Below, piece by piece: positions 18,950-32,775 of a stretch of 64,000 nucleotides of DNA. The notes below the pieces were generated by a model, which searched no databases, was not told the origin of the DNA, and saw only the letters and a list, made by a program, of their open reading frames with translations. Location: the NCBI GenBank assembly GCA_022823865.1, contig JAJEHF010000065.1:72304-136303 (forward strand). Direction: 5' to 3'. The position numbers were made by a program, and so were the translations under genes. This stretch comes from Bryobacterales bacterium. Lineage in GTDB: Bacteria > Acidobacteriota > Terriglobia > Bryobacterales > UBA6623. The stretch's first letter is position 1; each line of letters begins with the position of its first letter.

Positions 18950-20248
18950 TCAGGCCGCCCCCGCGCCGGCGAGCGCAGCCTCGAGGGCGTCAGCCGAGCG
19001 CGGCAGGCCCACGCTCATCACGCGACAGCCATCGCCCGTCACCTCGACCATATCCTCGATGCGGATGCCGATGCCTTCCTCCGGCAGGTACAAGCCGGGT
19101 TCGATGGCGAGCACCATGCCCGGTTCCAAGGTGCGACCGGGCGGCGTTGGATCATGCACGTCCAGTCCCACGTGGTGCCCGATGGCGTGGGGCAGATAGG
19201 GATCCACGCCGCGGGGCGCTCGCTTGCGCAGGACACCCTCGGCAACTGATTCGATGCTGTTCCGAGCGGGCCCGCCCAGCACAGCACCGGGCTGCACGGC
19301 CGCCAGCGCCTGCTCATGCGCCTCGAGCACGGCTTCGTACAGCCGCCGCTGCTTCTCGCCGAACCGTCCGCTTACCGGGATGCTGCGTGTGATGTCGGCG
19401 GCATAGCGAGCCCGTTCGCCGCCGGCGTCAATGAGCAACATCTGCCCGTTCTCCAAGCGGCCGGAGTTGCGCTGGTAGTGCAAGATCGTCGCATGAGACC
19501 CGGCAGCCACAATCGGCGCGAAAGCCAAGCGGTCGCAGCCGGCGCGGAAAGCCCCTCCGATCAATCCGGCTGCGACGTCGCGCTCGGTAGCCCCATCGGC
19601 GACTCTTGCCCAAGCATCGCGGAAGCCCACTTCGGTGGCATCGACAGACGCTTGAACCAGGGCAACCTCGGCAGGCGACTTAATGCTGCGCAGCGCGGCC
19701 AGCGGAACTCGGATATCGCGTGTCGGCTCGCGCCCCGCCGCTTCCACCAGACGCTCGTGCCGCGAGCGCGCCCGGGCGTCGTCCGCCGGCCGTGCTTCGG
19801 CCAATCCAGCCAGTCTGTTCCGATCTCGCAGGAAGGCGCGCAGGGTCTGGCGGAACTTCACCCCGGTCAGGACCTCGGCGAACCCCAAGTGGCCGGCGTC
19901 CTCCGGCTCCAAGCTTGGCCCATGCCACTCGCGGGAGCGGCCGGCGGGGTCGGCCAAGAACAAGATCTCGCGATACGGCAGGCCCCCGCGAGCCGGAGCG
20001 ATGAGCAGGGCCGCGCCCGGCTCTGCGTGTCCGGTGAGGTAGAAGAAGCTGCTCTCTTGGCGAAACCCCGTAAACCCGGACCGGCCTTCCGATTCGGTCG
20101 AGCCAAGCAGCGCGATGACACCGCGACCAACCGCCTCGGCCAGCGCTCGCCGACGCTTGCCGTATTCGTCGGCAGCAGTCGCGCCGGCGGCCCCCGAGGA
20201 AGACAGAGCCGCGCAGGCAGCCAAAAACGCCCTGCGAGTCTGCAGCAA
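18950..20248 (-). CDS. pepP: Xaa-Pro aminopeptidase (M24B) with Tat-like N-terminus
   Basis: FRQESSFFYLTG, LIDAGG..YAADITR, HAIGHHVGLDVHD, IEPGLY, GIRIED; TTG start inferred. Confidence 0.88.
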   Translation of the reverse strand: MLQTRRAFLAACAALSSSGAAGATAADEYGKRRRALAEAVGRGVIALLGSTESEGRSGFTGFRQESSFFYLTGHAEPGAALLIAPARGGLPYREILFLADPAGRSREWHGPSLEPEDAGHLGFAEVLTGVKFRQTLRAFLRDRNRLAGLAEARPADDARARSRHERLVEAAGREPTRDIRVPLAALRSIKSPAEVALVQASVDATEVGFRDAWARVADGATERDVAAGLIGGAFRAGCDRLAFAPIVAAGSHATILHYQRNSGRLENGQMLLIDAGGERARYAADITRSIPVSGRFGEKQRRLYEAVLEAHEQALAAVQPGAVLGGPARNSIESVAEGVLRKRAPRGVDPYLPHAIGHHVGLDVHDPTPPGRTLEPGMVLAIEPGLYLPEEGIGIRIEDMVEVTGDGCRVMSVGLPRSADALEAALAGAGAA

Positions 20249-20319
20249 CCCTTCAGCGTACCCGAGGATGGAGCCGCAATCCGCATCGGATCGCGGCGCT
20301 ATGATTGGGGGCAGCATCG

Positions 20320-20778
20320 ATGAAGAACGTCCGGCTGGTCACCGACGGATCGTGCATCGGCAATCCCGGCCCTGGCGGCTGGGCGGTGATCCTTCGCTAC
20401 AACAAGCACTCTCGCGAACTGAGCGGGGGAGAGGCCAGAACGACCAACAACCGCATGGAAATGATGGCGGTTGTGAAGGGCTTGCAGGCCCTGCGCGAGC
20501 CCTGCGCAGTCACTGTGGAGATTGATTCGGAATACGTCAAGAACGGCGTGACGCGCTGGATGAAGAAGTGGAAGCGCAACGGGTGGATGACGGCGACGAA
20601 GCAGCCCGTGAAGAACCAAGACCTGTGGCAAGAGCTGGAGGCCGCCGTGGCGCCGCACCGAGTGCGGTGGGTCTGGGTGAAGGGACACTCCACGCACAGG
20701 GACAACAACCGTTGCGACAAGCTTGCCAAGGCGGCGGCGCATAGCCAGGCCTCGCAGCAATCCGGCGTTGCGGTATAG
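20320..20778 (+). CDS. rnhA: Ribonuclease HI
   Basis: TDGSCIGNPGPGGW, TTNNRMEM, IDSEYV, PVKNQDLW, WVKGH, NNRCD. Confidence 0.96.
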   Translation: MKNVRLVTDGSCIGNPGPGGWAVILRYNKHSRELSGGEARTTNNRMEMMAVVKGLQALREPCAVTVEIDSEYVKNGVTRWMKKWKRNGWMTATKQPVKNQDLWQELEAAVAPHRVRWVWVKGHSTHRDNNRCDKLAKAAAHSQASQQSGVAV

Positions 20779-20877
20779 AGCATTCCAAGGCCGCCCGGAT
20801 CGTCGGAGGGTCTGGCGGCTGAAGATTGGGTCCAAGGACTCGCCGGCTTGCTGTGAGAATCGCGCAATCGGCGGGAC

Positions 20878-21846
20878 TCAATTCTGGCCCTGCCGACGCT
20901 GGCGGAAGAGCCACTGCCACACGTCGCTGGTCGGGTCCACTCCATCTCCGCTGGCTTTGGTCAGGAAGCCGCGAGCCGGATCGTCGCCAGCGTACGTAAA
21001 CGCCTGGATCCAAGAGTTGTGCCTGACACCCCGAAGCTCGGTGTACTTGATCGAGCCTCCGGCAGCGCTGAGCTTGCGGAACATCCTGCGGGAATTCTCC
21101 ACCGGCGCCGTTGGGTCGTCGGCACCGTGGAATAACCAGACCGGGGTCTGTGTCAAGCCCTTGAGATCTTCCGGGGGGCGACCCGCGCAAACGGGGATGC
21201 CGGCGGCGAAGAACCCCGGTCGGGCCTGGAGGAAGTTCCAAGTCCCCGTGCCTCCCATGGACGAGCCGAGAACATATATGCGCGATGCGTCGATTGGGAG
21301 TTCTTGCTGCAGCGCCTCGATGAGCTCGAAGACCACTGGAACCATGTTCTTGATGTAGATGTTCTGGAGGTTGCCGACCTGGGATCGCTCTCCCCAAGTG
21401 CCGCCCGAGACCGCTTGGGGCACAACGACGAAGGATGGATGTGCACGTCTCCATTCCTCCTTGGCCATCACGCCGTTCCACCAACGCAATTGGGACACGT
21501 TGTCGTCGCCCACGCCGCCGCCGCCGTGCAAGCTCAGGATCAGCGGGTAGCGCGTGCCCTGCTCAAGGGCCAGGGGTGGCATCAGTCGGTAACGGGTTCC
21601 CCCGTGCGACCGTTCCTCGAATGCGTCGAGCAATTCTGGGGGCCCGGCGACCGGACCGCGGTTGACCCTCCGGCCAGATACGCGGACCACGTAATCCATC
21701 GCCTCGAGCTCCGTCAGGCTGCCGTCGCCGTTGGCGTCGGCCTCCGGGTGGTGCCGGTGCATTGTCTGAAGGCGTTCCTCGACCGAGGCAGCAGAGGCGA
21801 CCAGCAAGGACAACGAGGCGAGAAGAAGAACGCCGTGTCGGGTCAT
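20878..21846 (-). CDS. Exported alpha/beta hydrolase with EF-hand-like N-terminal motif
   Basis: Signal peptide, DANGDGSLTELE, YPLILSLHG, GSSMGG, WLFHGADD; paralogue of 42614..43591. Confidence 0.82.
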   Translation of the reverse strand: MTRHGVLLLASLSLLVASAASVEERLQTMHRHHPEADANGDGSLTELEAMDYVVRVSGRRVNRGPVAGPPELLDAFEERSHGGTRYRLMPPLALEQGTRYPLILSLHGGGGVGDDNVSQLRWWNGVMAKEEWRRAHPSFVVVPQAVSGGTWGERSQVGNLQNIYIKNMVPVVFELIEALQQELPIDASRIYVLGSSMGGTGTWNFLQARPGFFAAGIPVCAGRPPEDLKGLTQTPVWLFHGADDPTAPVENSRRMFRKLSAAGGSIKYTELRGVRHNSWIQAFTYAGDDPARGFLTKASGDGVDPTSDVWQWLFRQRRQGQN

Positions 21847-22052
21847 CGCAACAGGAGTGTAACAGCCGCAGGACGCCGGCTTACGCGTTGACTACCCGAC
21901 CGCTGGGGCCTACAGCGCCCAACTCCTTGCGAAACTAGACCGCCGCTGGCTCATGAGGCGCTGCTGGGGTAGCACTGAAGTCATTCTGCGCCGGCCTCTA
22001 CCACACCTCCGACGTTCCGAATGCCCGTACAATCTAGTCGGGCCGGACAATC

Positions 22053-23663
22053 ATGAAGCACCGAGCGATTGCACTGAGCCTGTTTCTCACCTGCCTGATT
22101 GTCGCCTGCCTGACGACCCGGGACGCTGTCCTGTCAGTGACCGTGCTCGAAGCCGGCACCGGGGACTCCACCCCAGTCCGAGTGCGGCTGACGGATGCCG
22201 ATGGCAACCCGCCCCGGATGCTAGGCGCCTCAACCGAGGCCGAGTCCTCATTCGGCCCCCCTCCGCAAGCCATCGCCATCATGTGGGGCCGCTCGGACCG
22301 CGCGGACGGATACGCCCTGCAACCGGACGGCTCCTTCTATGTCGATGGGTCCTTCGAAGCCCGATTGCCCGTCGGCACCTATCGCCTCGCACTCTCGAAG
22401 GGCTACGAGTACGCGATGCAGACACACGACATCGAGATCGGGCCGGGCGACCAAGCCAAACGCACGTACGAGCTGGAGCGATGGATCGACATGCCCGCCC
22501 GCGGCTGGTACTCCTCCGATGACCACATCCACATCCGCCGCTCGCCGCGCGACAACCCATCCATCCTGCGCTGGATCGCGGCCGAGGACATCCATGTCGG
22601 CCACCTGCTGCAAATGGGCGACTTCTGGCAGTTTGTCTTCTCCCAGTACGGCTGGGGGGAGACCGGTCGCTACCGCGAAGGGGGCACGATCCTCTCGTCG
22701 GGCCAGGAGGAGCCGCGCACGCCGGAATTCGGCCACACCATCTCCCTCGGCGCTGATGACTTCGTGCGTTTTCAGGATGACTATTACTCGTACGGCCGCG
22801 TCTTCGACCGCGTGCACGAACTGGGTGGCGTCAGCGGTTTCGCCCATCAGGGCATGTCATTCCACGGCTATCGCGGAATGACCGTCACGGTGCTCGCGGG
22901 CAAGCTCGATTTCCTGGAACTGGCCCAGTTCTGCGTCCCCGACGGCCCGATCCATACGGAGCACTACTATCGCTTCCTCGATCTCGGGTTCCGGCTGACC
23001 GCACTCGGCGGCTCGGACTTTCCATGGTGCGGCAGGGGAGAGCGCGGCGACCCGAATCGATTCAGCCAGATCGGCGACGCCCGCTTCTACACCTATGTCG
23101 GGGAGGATCTGACCTTTGACAACTGGCTTTCCGCCGTCAAGGCCGGCCACACCTTCGCGACCACGGGGCCGATCGTAGAACTCGAGGTGAACGGCGCTCT
23201 CCCCGGCAGCCAGGTGGCTGTTAGCGAGGGCCAGACCGTGCGGGTCGTCGCGAACGCCTTCGGCGACGGCTCGCGGATCGGACTCACGAATCTCGAGATT
23301 GTAGGGCACGGAGAAGTCCTCCAGCGGGTCACCGGCCAAGGCGAGAAGCAGCTGTCGCTGGAATTCGATCTCGAAGTCGAGCGCGGCATCTGGATCGCCG
23401 CTCGCGTGTCGGCAGGACCCGGGTATCTGGCCCACAGCACGCCCGTGTACGTGACCGTGGACGGGGGAAGCTTCCACAATCCCGCCACGCTCGAGGCGAA
23501 CCTGGAACGGTGCGAGCGTGATCTCGCAGAACTGGAGCAGGAACTCCGCGAGCCCGGCTCCCGACTCGACAGCGAAGCGTGGAGGCATGCCGAACGCCTT
23601 CACAACCAGATCGCCGAGACCCGCGAGGCCCTCAGCGCGCTCGCGGCGAGGTTAAGAGACTGA
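22053..23663 (+). CDS. CehA/McbA-family (PHP-like) metallohydrolase, possible lipoprotein
   Basis: GWYSSDDHIH, GQEE, GFAH, LTALGGSDF, GHTFATTGP, LAHSTPVYV. Confidence 0.78.
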   Translation: MKHRAIALSLFLTCLIVACLTTRDAVLSVTVLEAGTGDSTPVRVRLTDADGNPPRMLGASTEAESSFGPPPQAIAIMWGRSDRADGYALQPDGSFYVDGSFEARLPVGTYRLALSKGYEYAMQTHDIEIGPGDQAKRTYELERWIDMPARGWYSSDDHIHIRRSPRDNPSILRWIAAEDIHVGHLLQMGDFWQFVFSQYGWGETGRYREGGTILSSGQEEPRTPEFGHTISLGADDFVRFQDDYYSYGRVFDRVHELGGVSGFAHQGMSFHGYRGMTVTVLAGKLDFLELAQFCVPDGPIHTEHYYRFLDLGFRLTALGGSDFPWCGRGERGDPNRFSQIGDARFYTYVGEDLTFDNWLSAVKAGHTFATTGPIVELEVNGALPGSQVAVSEGQTVRVVANAFGDGSRIGLTNLEIVGHGEVLQRVTGQGEKQLSLEFDLEVERGIWIAARVSAGPGYLAHSTPVYVTVDGGSFHNPATLEANLERCERDLAELEQELREPGSRLDSEAWRHAERLHNQIAETREALSALAARLRD

Positions 23664-23675
23664 CGGGAGGCTGGC

Positions 23676-24764
23676 ATGAGACCGATCCATCGACGACGAC
23701 TGCTGCAAGCCCTGCTCGGCAGCGGCGTCGTGTCCGCCCGGGCCGAAGATGTCCACGAGCGGATCCGCAGGCTCGCGGGCGAGGCTCCGCTGAAGATGAA
23801 GTTCGAAGGCTCCACGGCCGACGAGTGCCGCGCCTGGCAGCAGGCGTTCGGAAACAAGCTCGCGGAGCTGCTGGGGGCCTATCGACCGCCATTGCGGTGG
23901 GAGTCACAGATCGAGGAGACGGTCGAATTCGCTGATCACCAGCGCCAGTCCGTGATCTTGCGTGCCCCGGGCGTTGCAGAACTGCCGATCTACCTACTGA
24001 CGCCAAAGGCTGCTCGTGAGGGAGCGCGCCCGGGCATTCTGGCGCTCCACGGTCACGGGCCCTTCGGCCACGATGCGGTCGTCGGCATTGACAGCACGCC
24101 GGAGCGAGCACAGAACATCGAAACCGCGAACTATGACTTCGGGCTCGAGCTCGTCCGCCAAGGCTATGTCGTGGTAGCCCCTTGCTTCACGCCGTTCGGG
24201 CGCCGGCTCGACTCGGCGGAGGCCTACAGGGGCAACGACGCTTGCGCCGTGGCCTTCGTGCGGATGCAGCTGCTGGGCCGGAACCTGATGAGCGAGAACC
24301 TGCGCGACGCCTTGTGGGCCCTCGAGTTCTTGACTCGCAACGGCGCGGTCGATGCGGACCGGATCGGCTGCGTCGGCCTGTCGTACGGCGGCAGGATGAC
24401 CATGCTTGCAGCAGCGGTCGAGCCGCGCATTCGGGTCTCCGTGATTTCCGGCGCGCTGAATGTCATGCAGGAGCGCATCGAAGGGCGCTACAGCTGCGGG
24501 GCGCAAGTGATTCCGGGCCTTCTGGAATTCGGCGACGTTCCGGAGATCGCCGGCTTGATCGCCCCCAGGCCGGCCCTGTGGGAAGTCGGGCAGCGCGACG
24601 GGCTTATGGTCAAGGAGTGGATCCCCGGGGCGTGGGACAGGATACAGCGGGCCTACCGTGCGCTCGGGGCCGAAGAACACCTCTCGATGGACTCCTTCGA
24701 CGGGCGCCACCGCTGGAACGGAGTGATGGCGACGCCGCTGTTGGCGAGCATCCTGAAGCCCTAG
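23676..24764 (+). CDS. Alpha/beta hydrolase (dienelactone-hydrolase/acetylxylan-esterase-like), Tat-like signal
   Basis: HRRRLLQ, ALHGHG, RIGCVGLSYGG, LIAPRP. Confidence 0.82.
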   Translation: MRPIHRRRLLQALLGSGVVSARAEDVHERIRRLAGEAPLKMKFEGSTADECRAWQQAFGNKLAELLGAYRPPLRWESQIEETVEFADHQRQSVILRAPGVAELPIYLLTPKAAREGARPGILALHGHGPFGHDAVVGIDSTPERAQNIETANYDFGLELVRQGYVVVAPCFTPFGRRLDSAEAYRGNDACAVAFVRMQLLGRNLMSENLRDALWALEFLTRNGAVDADRIGCVGLSYGGRMTMLAAAVEPRIRVSVISGALNVMQERIEGRYSCGAQVIPGLLEFGDVPEIAGLIAPRPALWEVGQRDGLMVKEWIPGAWDRIQRAYRALGAEEHLSMDSFDGRHRWNGVMATPLLASILKP

Positions 24765-25744
24765 CGCAAGAACTCGTCGAAGAACGAGGCCATCGCTTCG
24801 AACGCTTCCATCGTGAAGCTGTGCTCGCCGGGCGGCTGGTGGATCCGCAAGGCGCTTTCCGCCCCGGCCTGGGCATAGGCGGGCTCCACCTGGTCGCGGA
24901 ATCGGTCCACGCCGTCTCGCGGCATCCCGACGTCCGACGTCGGGGCCCACAGCATCAAGGGCTTCGGGGCCATCGCCGAGGCGAAATCGCCGTGATCGCC
25001 TCGCTGGAGCATGCCTGGCACCCACCAATACGTGCCGTGGTAGGACAGCCGCCCGAGCCGGATGAACGATTCCAGCGAGCCCACCCCTCCGCAGATCGGA
25101 GCAGCTGCCGCGACGCGATCGTCCAGCAGCCAGGTGTAGAACGAGGTGATTCCTCCGAACGACATCCCGGTGACGCCAATCCTGCCCACATCTTCCCGAC
25201 CCTTGAGGTAGGTCACGCCTTGGCGGATTTCGTAGAGGATCTCCCCCATGGCCGTGCGGCCTTGCACGAGCATGGCGTTGGCCTGCACGTTGATCGGCGG
25301 CTCTCGCCGGTCGAGGCCGCGTTGCGTGATCGCCAGGGCGATGAATCCCCGTCTCGCCAGTTCGCGAGCCCAGCCCAGCATCCTGGTATGAGGGGTATCG
25401 CGCCTAGGGCGCGTCCACTCTCCCGGCCCGAACTCAGGCGTTGCCATCGATTCCCGGCTGCCGCTGGATCCGTGCAGGCAGACTAGCGCCGGTAACCGCC
25501 CGTCGGCCTCGGCTGGCCGAATCAAGTAGGCCGGAACAGTCTCGCTGTCACTCGACTCCCACGTGAGGTCCTCGACCACCAGTCCCCGTTCGGCGACCCG
25601 GCCGTGCGACGTGACCGACACCGGCGGTGCGCTCGCAGAGGTCTTCAAGAGTTCCGCGAACGTTTGCCGGGAAACCGCGGTGTAGGGCTCCTGGGCAGCC
25701 GTCGCCAGAGCAAGGAGTAAGGCGATCGATGCGATCCGGATCAT
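24761..25744 (-). CDS. Exported alpha/beta hydrolase
   Basis: Signal peptide, VPAYLIRP, CLHG, RIGVTGMSFGG, MAPKPL, GEHSF. Confidence 0.82.
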   Translation of the reverse strand: MIRIASIALLLALATAAQEPYTAVSRQTFAELLKTSASAPPVSVTSHGRVAERGLVVEDLTWESSDSETVPAYLIRPAEADGRLPALVCLHGSSGSRESMATPEFGPGEWTRPRRDTPHTRMLGWARELARRGFIALAITQRGLDRREPPINVQANAMLVQGRTAMGEILYEIRQGVTYLKGREDVGRIGVTGMSFGGITSFYTWLLDDRVAAAAPICGGVGSLESFIRLGRLSYHGTYWWVPGMLQRGDHGDFASAMAPKPLMLWAPTSDVGMPRDGVDRFRDQVEPAYAQAGAESALRIHQPPGEHSFTMEAFEAMASFFDEFLR

Positions 25745-25940
25745 GTCAACAGGTGCGTTGCTCGGAAATCCGGCAGGCCAGGCGCCGGCGGCGGAACACT
25801 GGTCCGTGCTTCCGGCAGTGCGTACTCGATTATCCACCCGACGCTTGCCTCGCGAGCCGTAGAGCCGCTTCGGATGCAATGTCGGCGGGCGACAGGTCCT
25901 GCGGTGAATTGTCGTGCCGATTGGGGATAATGTCTGCACG

Positions 25941-26825
25941 ATGAACCCGCGCACCGCGCTCGCGCTGCTCTTCGTGGCGGCGGGCACCGTTCTTCAGGGG
26001 GCTGATGCCACTCGAATCCTGGTCGTGGTGGGTCCGAGCAACCACCCGCCCGGCTCGCACGAGGTGGCCGCGGGCGGTCGCCTCCTGCAGGATGCCCTCC
26101 GCGGGATGAAGAACGTTGACTCGGTCCAGACAGACATCGTCTACGAATGGCCGCAGGACAAGGCGCTGCGCGAGTCGGTCTCGACGGTCGTCTTTATTGG
26201 CGACACGTTCCCGCCAAACCGCTTCGAGAATCCCGAACGCAACCTCGCCGACCTCGCGAAGATGATGGACCGCGGGTGCGGAATCGTCTGTCTGCACTTC
26301 GCGACGGGACTGCTCGGCGAGGACGTGACAACCGATGGCGACCACCCGCTCTTGCGCTGGATCGGCGGATACTTCGCCAATCGCTCGTGCCCCCACCACC
26401 GGTCATTCGCGCGGGTCTACGAAGAGGCCAAGATCGAGCCCGCTGCTCCGAGCCACCCCATCTCGCGGGGCTGGAAGAGCTTCACTATCCACGACGAGCC
26501 CTACACCAACAACTACTTCGGCGGTCCCGGCAACCGGCCCGCGCCGAACGTGACAGCACTGGCGACGTCCATGCTCCCGCCCGACGCTCCGAAGAGGGAG
26601 ATCGTTGCCTGGGGCGTCGAGAGGACTGATGGCGGGCGCGGCTTTGGCATCGTCATGCCGCACTTTTACAAGAGCTGGACCAACGACGACCTGCGCCGGT
26701 TCATCCTGAACGGAATCGTGTGGACGGCGAAGCTGGCGGTTCCCCCCGAAGGAGTGGAGACGGACAAGCCCGATCTGAACGCCTTCGACCCGGTGTCGGT
26801 GGAGTTCATTCCTCGCAGGAGATAG
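25941..26825 (+). CDS. ThuA-domain protein, exported
   Basis: VVGPSNHPPGSHE, HDEPY, ERTDGGRGFG; paralogue of 404..1342. Confidence 0.8.
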   Translation: MNPRTALALLFVAAGTVLQGADATRILVVVGPSNHPPGSHEVAAGGRLLQDALRGMKNVDSVQTDIVYEWPQDKALRESVSTVVFIGDTFPPNRFENPERNLADLAKMMDRGCGIVCLHFATGLLGEDVTTDGDHPLLRWIGGYFANRSCPHHRSFARVYEEAKIEPAAPSHPISRGWKSFTIHDEPYTNNYFGGPGNRPAPNVTALATSMLPPDAPKREIVAWGVERTDGGRGFGIVMPHFYKSWTNDDLRRFILNGIVWTAKLAVPPEGVETDKPDLNAFDPVSVEFIPRRR

Positions 26826-26865
26826 GCGCGGGAGCCAGCCGATCTATTCCTTGGCGGCTTGCTCT

Positions 26866-27864
26866 TCAGACCCCTACCTCTGCTTGCAGAAACGCCACTG
26901 CCGCGGAATATGCCCTGTCGGATTCGGCGGAACTTGACCCGCCGATTCCGTGCTCGGCCCCTTCGAATGTCAGCAGTTCGTGCCGCACCCCGTGCCGGCG
27001 GAACTCCTCGGCCATGAGAGTCGATTGCTCGTAGGGCACGTCCGTGTCCGCCGTGCCGTGCACCAGTAGCGTTGGGGGATAGTTCGGCGTGACGTTTCGC
27101 AACGGCATGTACGGCATGAACATCTCGGCTTCCGACACCGGGTCCCAGCCCGACACCTCCTTGGGCCAGATTCCGTGCTGCCTGCAGTGCTGGTAGAAGG
27201 CCCCTCCGTTGCCGTCGCGGTCGGCCGAATTGGAAATCGGGGGCCCGCTAACCTGCGCCAGCGCCTGCTCGCGCGTCATGACGATCCGGCGGTGGCGGTC
27301 ATGGGGGCTCGGTGTCGAGTACCACGGCCCGATCAGATCCCCATATCCCCAGAACGACGCCAAAGCCTGTGGCCGCGGGTCCACTCGGTACCCGGCGGTC
27401 AGTGTCAGGTATCCGCCAGCTGATGAGCCCAGGACCGCGATCCGGTCCGGATCTGCTCGGAAGAGATCGGAGCCTTGGCCACGGATCCAAGCGAAGGCGT
27501 CCTCGACATCCTCGATGATGGCGGCCAGCTTGGTTTCCGGCGCCAGCCGGTAGTCGATGGACACGACGGCGAAGCCGGCCTCGATCAGCCGGTCCATCAG
27601 GGGTTGCGGGACGCCCTGGCGACGGCCCATGATCAAGGCGCCGCCATGAATCCAGACTGCAATCGGCCGCACGCGGTCGTCCTCAGAGAGATGCACGTCC
27701 GCCCGAATTGCCAGGCCGTCGACCGACTTGTAGGTGTGTGTCGTGATCCGGGCCAGCGATCGAGACGGGCGGCACCCTGCGCCGACCGCGATTGCCGCGA
27801 AGGTGCGGAGGAAGCCTCGTCGGCTGCCCATGGTGTGCTTGCTCGCGCCGGGAAAGAGCGACAT
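26866..27864 (-). CDS. Alpha/beta hydrolase (HSL/BD-FAE-like esterase), Tat-like signal
   Basis: SRRGFLR, IHGGAL, IDYRLAPE, GSSAGG, VHGTADTDVP, GAEH. Confidence 0.88.
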   Translation of the reverse strand: MSLFPGASKHTMGSRRGFLRTFAAIAVGAGCRPSRSLARITTHTYKSVDGLAIRADVHLSEDDRVRPIAVWIHGGALIMGRRQGVPQPLMDRLIEAGFAVVSIDYRLAPETKLAAIIEDVEDAFAWIRGQGSDLFRADPDRIAVLGSSAGGYLTLTAGYRVDPRPQALASFWGYGDLIGPWYSTPSPHDRHRRIVMTREQALAQVSGPPISNSADRDGNGGAFYQHCRQHGIWPKEVSGWDPVSEAEMFMPYMPLRNVTPNYPPTLLVHGTADTDVPYEQSTLMAEEFRRHGVRHELLTFEGAEHGIGGSSSAESDRAYSAAVAFLQAEVGV

Positions 27865-27981
27865 GCCGATCAGATTCTACGACACTGGTCAAAGACCAAA
27901 TTTCGGCCAGTCCCAGAACCGAAGGGCAATCAAAACACCCCCGAAGGCTCCGCGGGCGTATCGTAAAATGGATTTCGCAAC

Positions 27982-28647
27982 GTGTCGAGGCAATTCGCAT
28001 CGCTGCTCGTGAGGCTGGCCAACGGCGTGAGCTTGGTTCGGCTCGCCTCGGTACCGCTCATCGTCCTGTTGATCTGGAAGTCCAGCAATGGCGAGGCTTG
28101 GCGGTACGCGGCTTTCTGGCTGGTCGTGGCCCTGCATCTCAGCGACATGGTGGATGGCTACCTCGCACGCAAGGGCACCCGCCGACTGGCCATACGCAAC
28201 GATTTCGGCGAGGTCATCGACCCGATCGCGGACAAGATGTATCTCGGCGCGGCCTTCATCACGCTCTCCCTGACGGACCAGATCGCCGTCTGGGTCGCGC
28301 TGCTGGTGGTCGCTCGCGACGTCGGAATTCTCGGCGGCTGGTCATTCGTCTACAAGCGCTACGGCATCAGGCTGCTCCCCAACACGCTCGGCAAGATCAC
28401 CGATGCCAGCCTCGCCCTGCTGCTGGGCGTCGTGCTGCTGAGATGGGATGGCGGCGCGGCCGGGGCGCTCACACCGATGGTGGCCATGCTGGTGGTGGCT
28501 TCGGGCTGCTCATACGCCCGGCTGGCCACCCGTCGAGCCTCGGCCGTGACAATCCGCCGCCTGCGCGCGATGGCGGTCGCCAGACGCCAAGAGCGCCGGC
28601 AGGCCGCCAAAACCCGCATCAAGGGCGGCGTCGGCATGACGCCGTAG
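27982..28647 (+). CDS. CDP-alcohol phosphatidyltransferase (PgsA-like)
   Basis: ANGVSLVR, SDMVDGYLAR..FGEVIDPIADK, ARD, several TM helices. Confidence 0.9.
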   Translation: MSRQFASLLVRLANGVSLVRLASVPLIVLLIWKSSNGEAWRYAAFWLVVALHLSDMVDGYLARKGTRRLAIRNDFGEVIDPIADKMYLGAAFITLSLTDQIAVWVALLVVARDVGILGGWSFVYKRYGIRLLPNTLGKITDASLALLLGVVLLRWDGGAAGALTPMVAMLVVASGCSYARLATRRASAVTIRRLRAMAVARRQERRQAAKTRIKGGVGMTP

Positions 28648-28662
28648 CACCCAGAGCCGCGA

Positions 28663-29689
28663 TTAGCCCTCGGGCGGCCGCTGTTGGCCGCCGGGCCTGT
28701 CAATGCCGAGGCGCTGCATGTCCGGCCCTTCTGGCGCCGCCAAGATTGACTCGGGCGCGACGCGCCCGGCCAGGCGGCGCGTGCCTGCCACCAACACCCC
28801 GCCAAAGATCATCAGCACGGCGAGTATGCCGCACAGGATGAAAGTGTCCAAGATGATGTTGGCCAAGCTGTCGTGGCGCTCGGGATCCTCGACGTGCTGG
28901 GTCACCTCGGCCCGGTAGCGCACGCGCGCTAGCAAGAGCTGCGCGGCGTCGGGCGCCTGCTGGCCGAACGCGGCCGCGATGAGCGGGCCGTCCTGCTTGG
29001 CCAGCCAGCCATCGACCTGCTGGAACGCTTCCACCTGTCCGCGAGCGATCGGATTGGAGGGATAGCTCCAAATGATCATCGGGACCTCGCCAGCAGCCGT
29101 GACGAACCTGCCGTAGTAGCCCTCGGGGGAAAAGTGGAACCCGACCACGGACGGCGTGAGATCCGGCGCGAGCCGCTCCAGCGAGACCGGCCCCAGGATG
29201 AGCCGTCCCGAGCCGGGCAAGAGCGCATCGTCAGGAACGTACTGCAGCACTGGCGGGTCGGGGGTCGGTTTGGGGCGCGGGAGATAGGCCAGCGCGAGCT
29301 CGACGTCTTCCTCGTCGGGCAGGTTCCCGCGCATCGAGACCACGTAGTTGGCGAACTGTATCACGGTCAAGTCGCCCTTCTCCACGGCGCGCTCGCCGCG
29401 CTCCACCGATACGCCATCGTGCGGGCGGATCCAGGCATAGGCGGCAACCGCCCCGGTGTCGTCGTAGAACTGCAGCGCCCGGAACACGACTGACAGTCCG
29501 TCCGGGGTGCGATATTCCGCCTCTTCGGCCTCTTCCAGGCCGAACTCCTGAAGCACGTCCAGGTCGGGGGGTTCGAACGGGCGGAGCGCGAGCCTCTCGA
29601 ACGGACCGAGGGCCTCGTGCAGCATCTCCGCCGCCGCAGGCGCAGCGAGCGCCAGCGCCAAGCTCAGCAACAAGGCGGGTCGGATCGGC

Positions 29690-29709
<20 letters not shown>
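28663..29709 (-). CDS. Hypothetical exported protein with C-terminal TM anchor
   Basis: Signal peptide ([16 protein letters not shown]), hydrophobic C-terminal helix; start overlaps secA end. Confidence 0.65.
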
Positions 29710-32506
<2,797 letters not shown>

Positions 32507-32775
32507 CGGAAGGGGGCACTTGGAGTGCCAATTCTCATTGTAGTCTTGGGACGCTGCGCCAAGAGCCGGGTGGCTAGCCACTGGACGCAGGCGTCACAAG
32601 GGGCTCGGTTTCCGCCAGACACGCCTCAGGCCTTCTCGCGCGCGGCGGCACCCGATGGTTGAGGGGAATGCCTGCGCTCCACCGCCCCCGACCAGTCCCT
32701 ACATCCGGTACGTCTCCAGATGCGAGGAGGGAGCTTGCGACTGTTAGCATGGATTCGTAGTCCATCGAGACGAAA

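Noticed and set aside
32515-32532. CIRCE-like TTGGCACTC upstream of secA
   Set aside because: Lacks the N9 spacer; only a short hairpin GGCACT-CCA-AGTGCC
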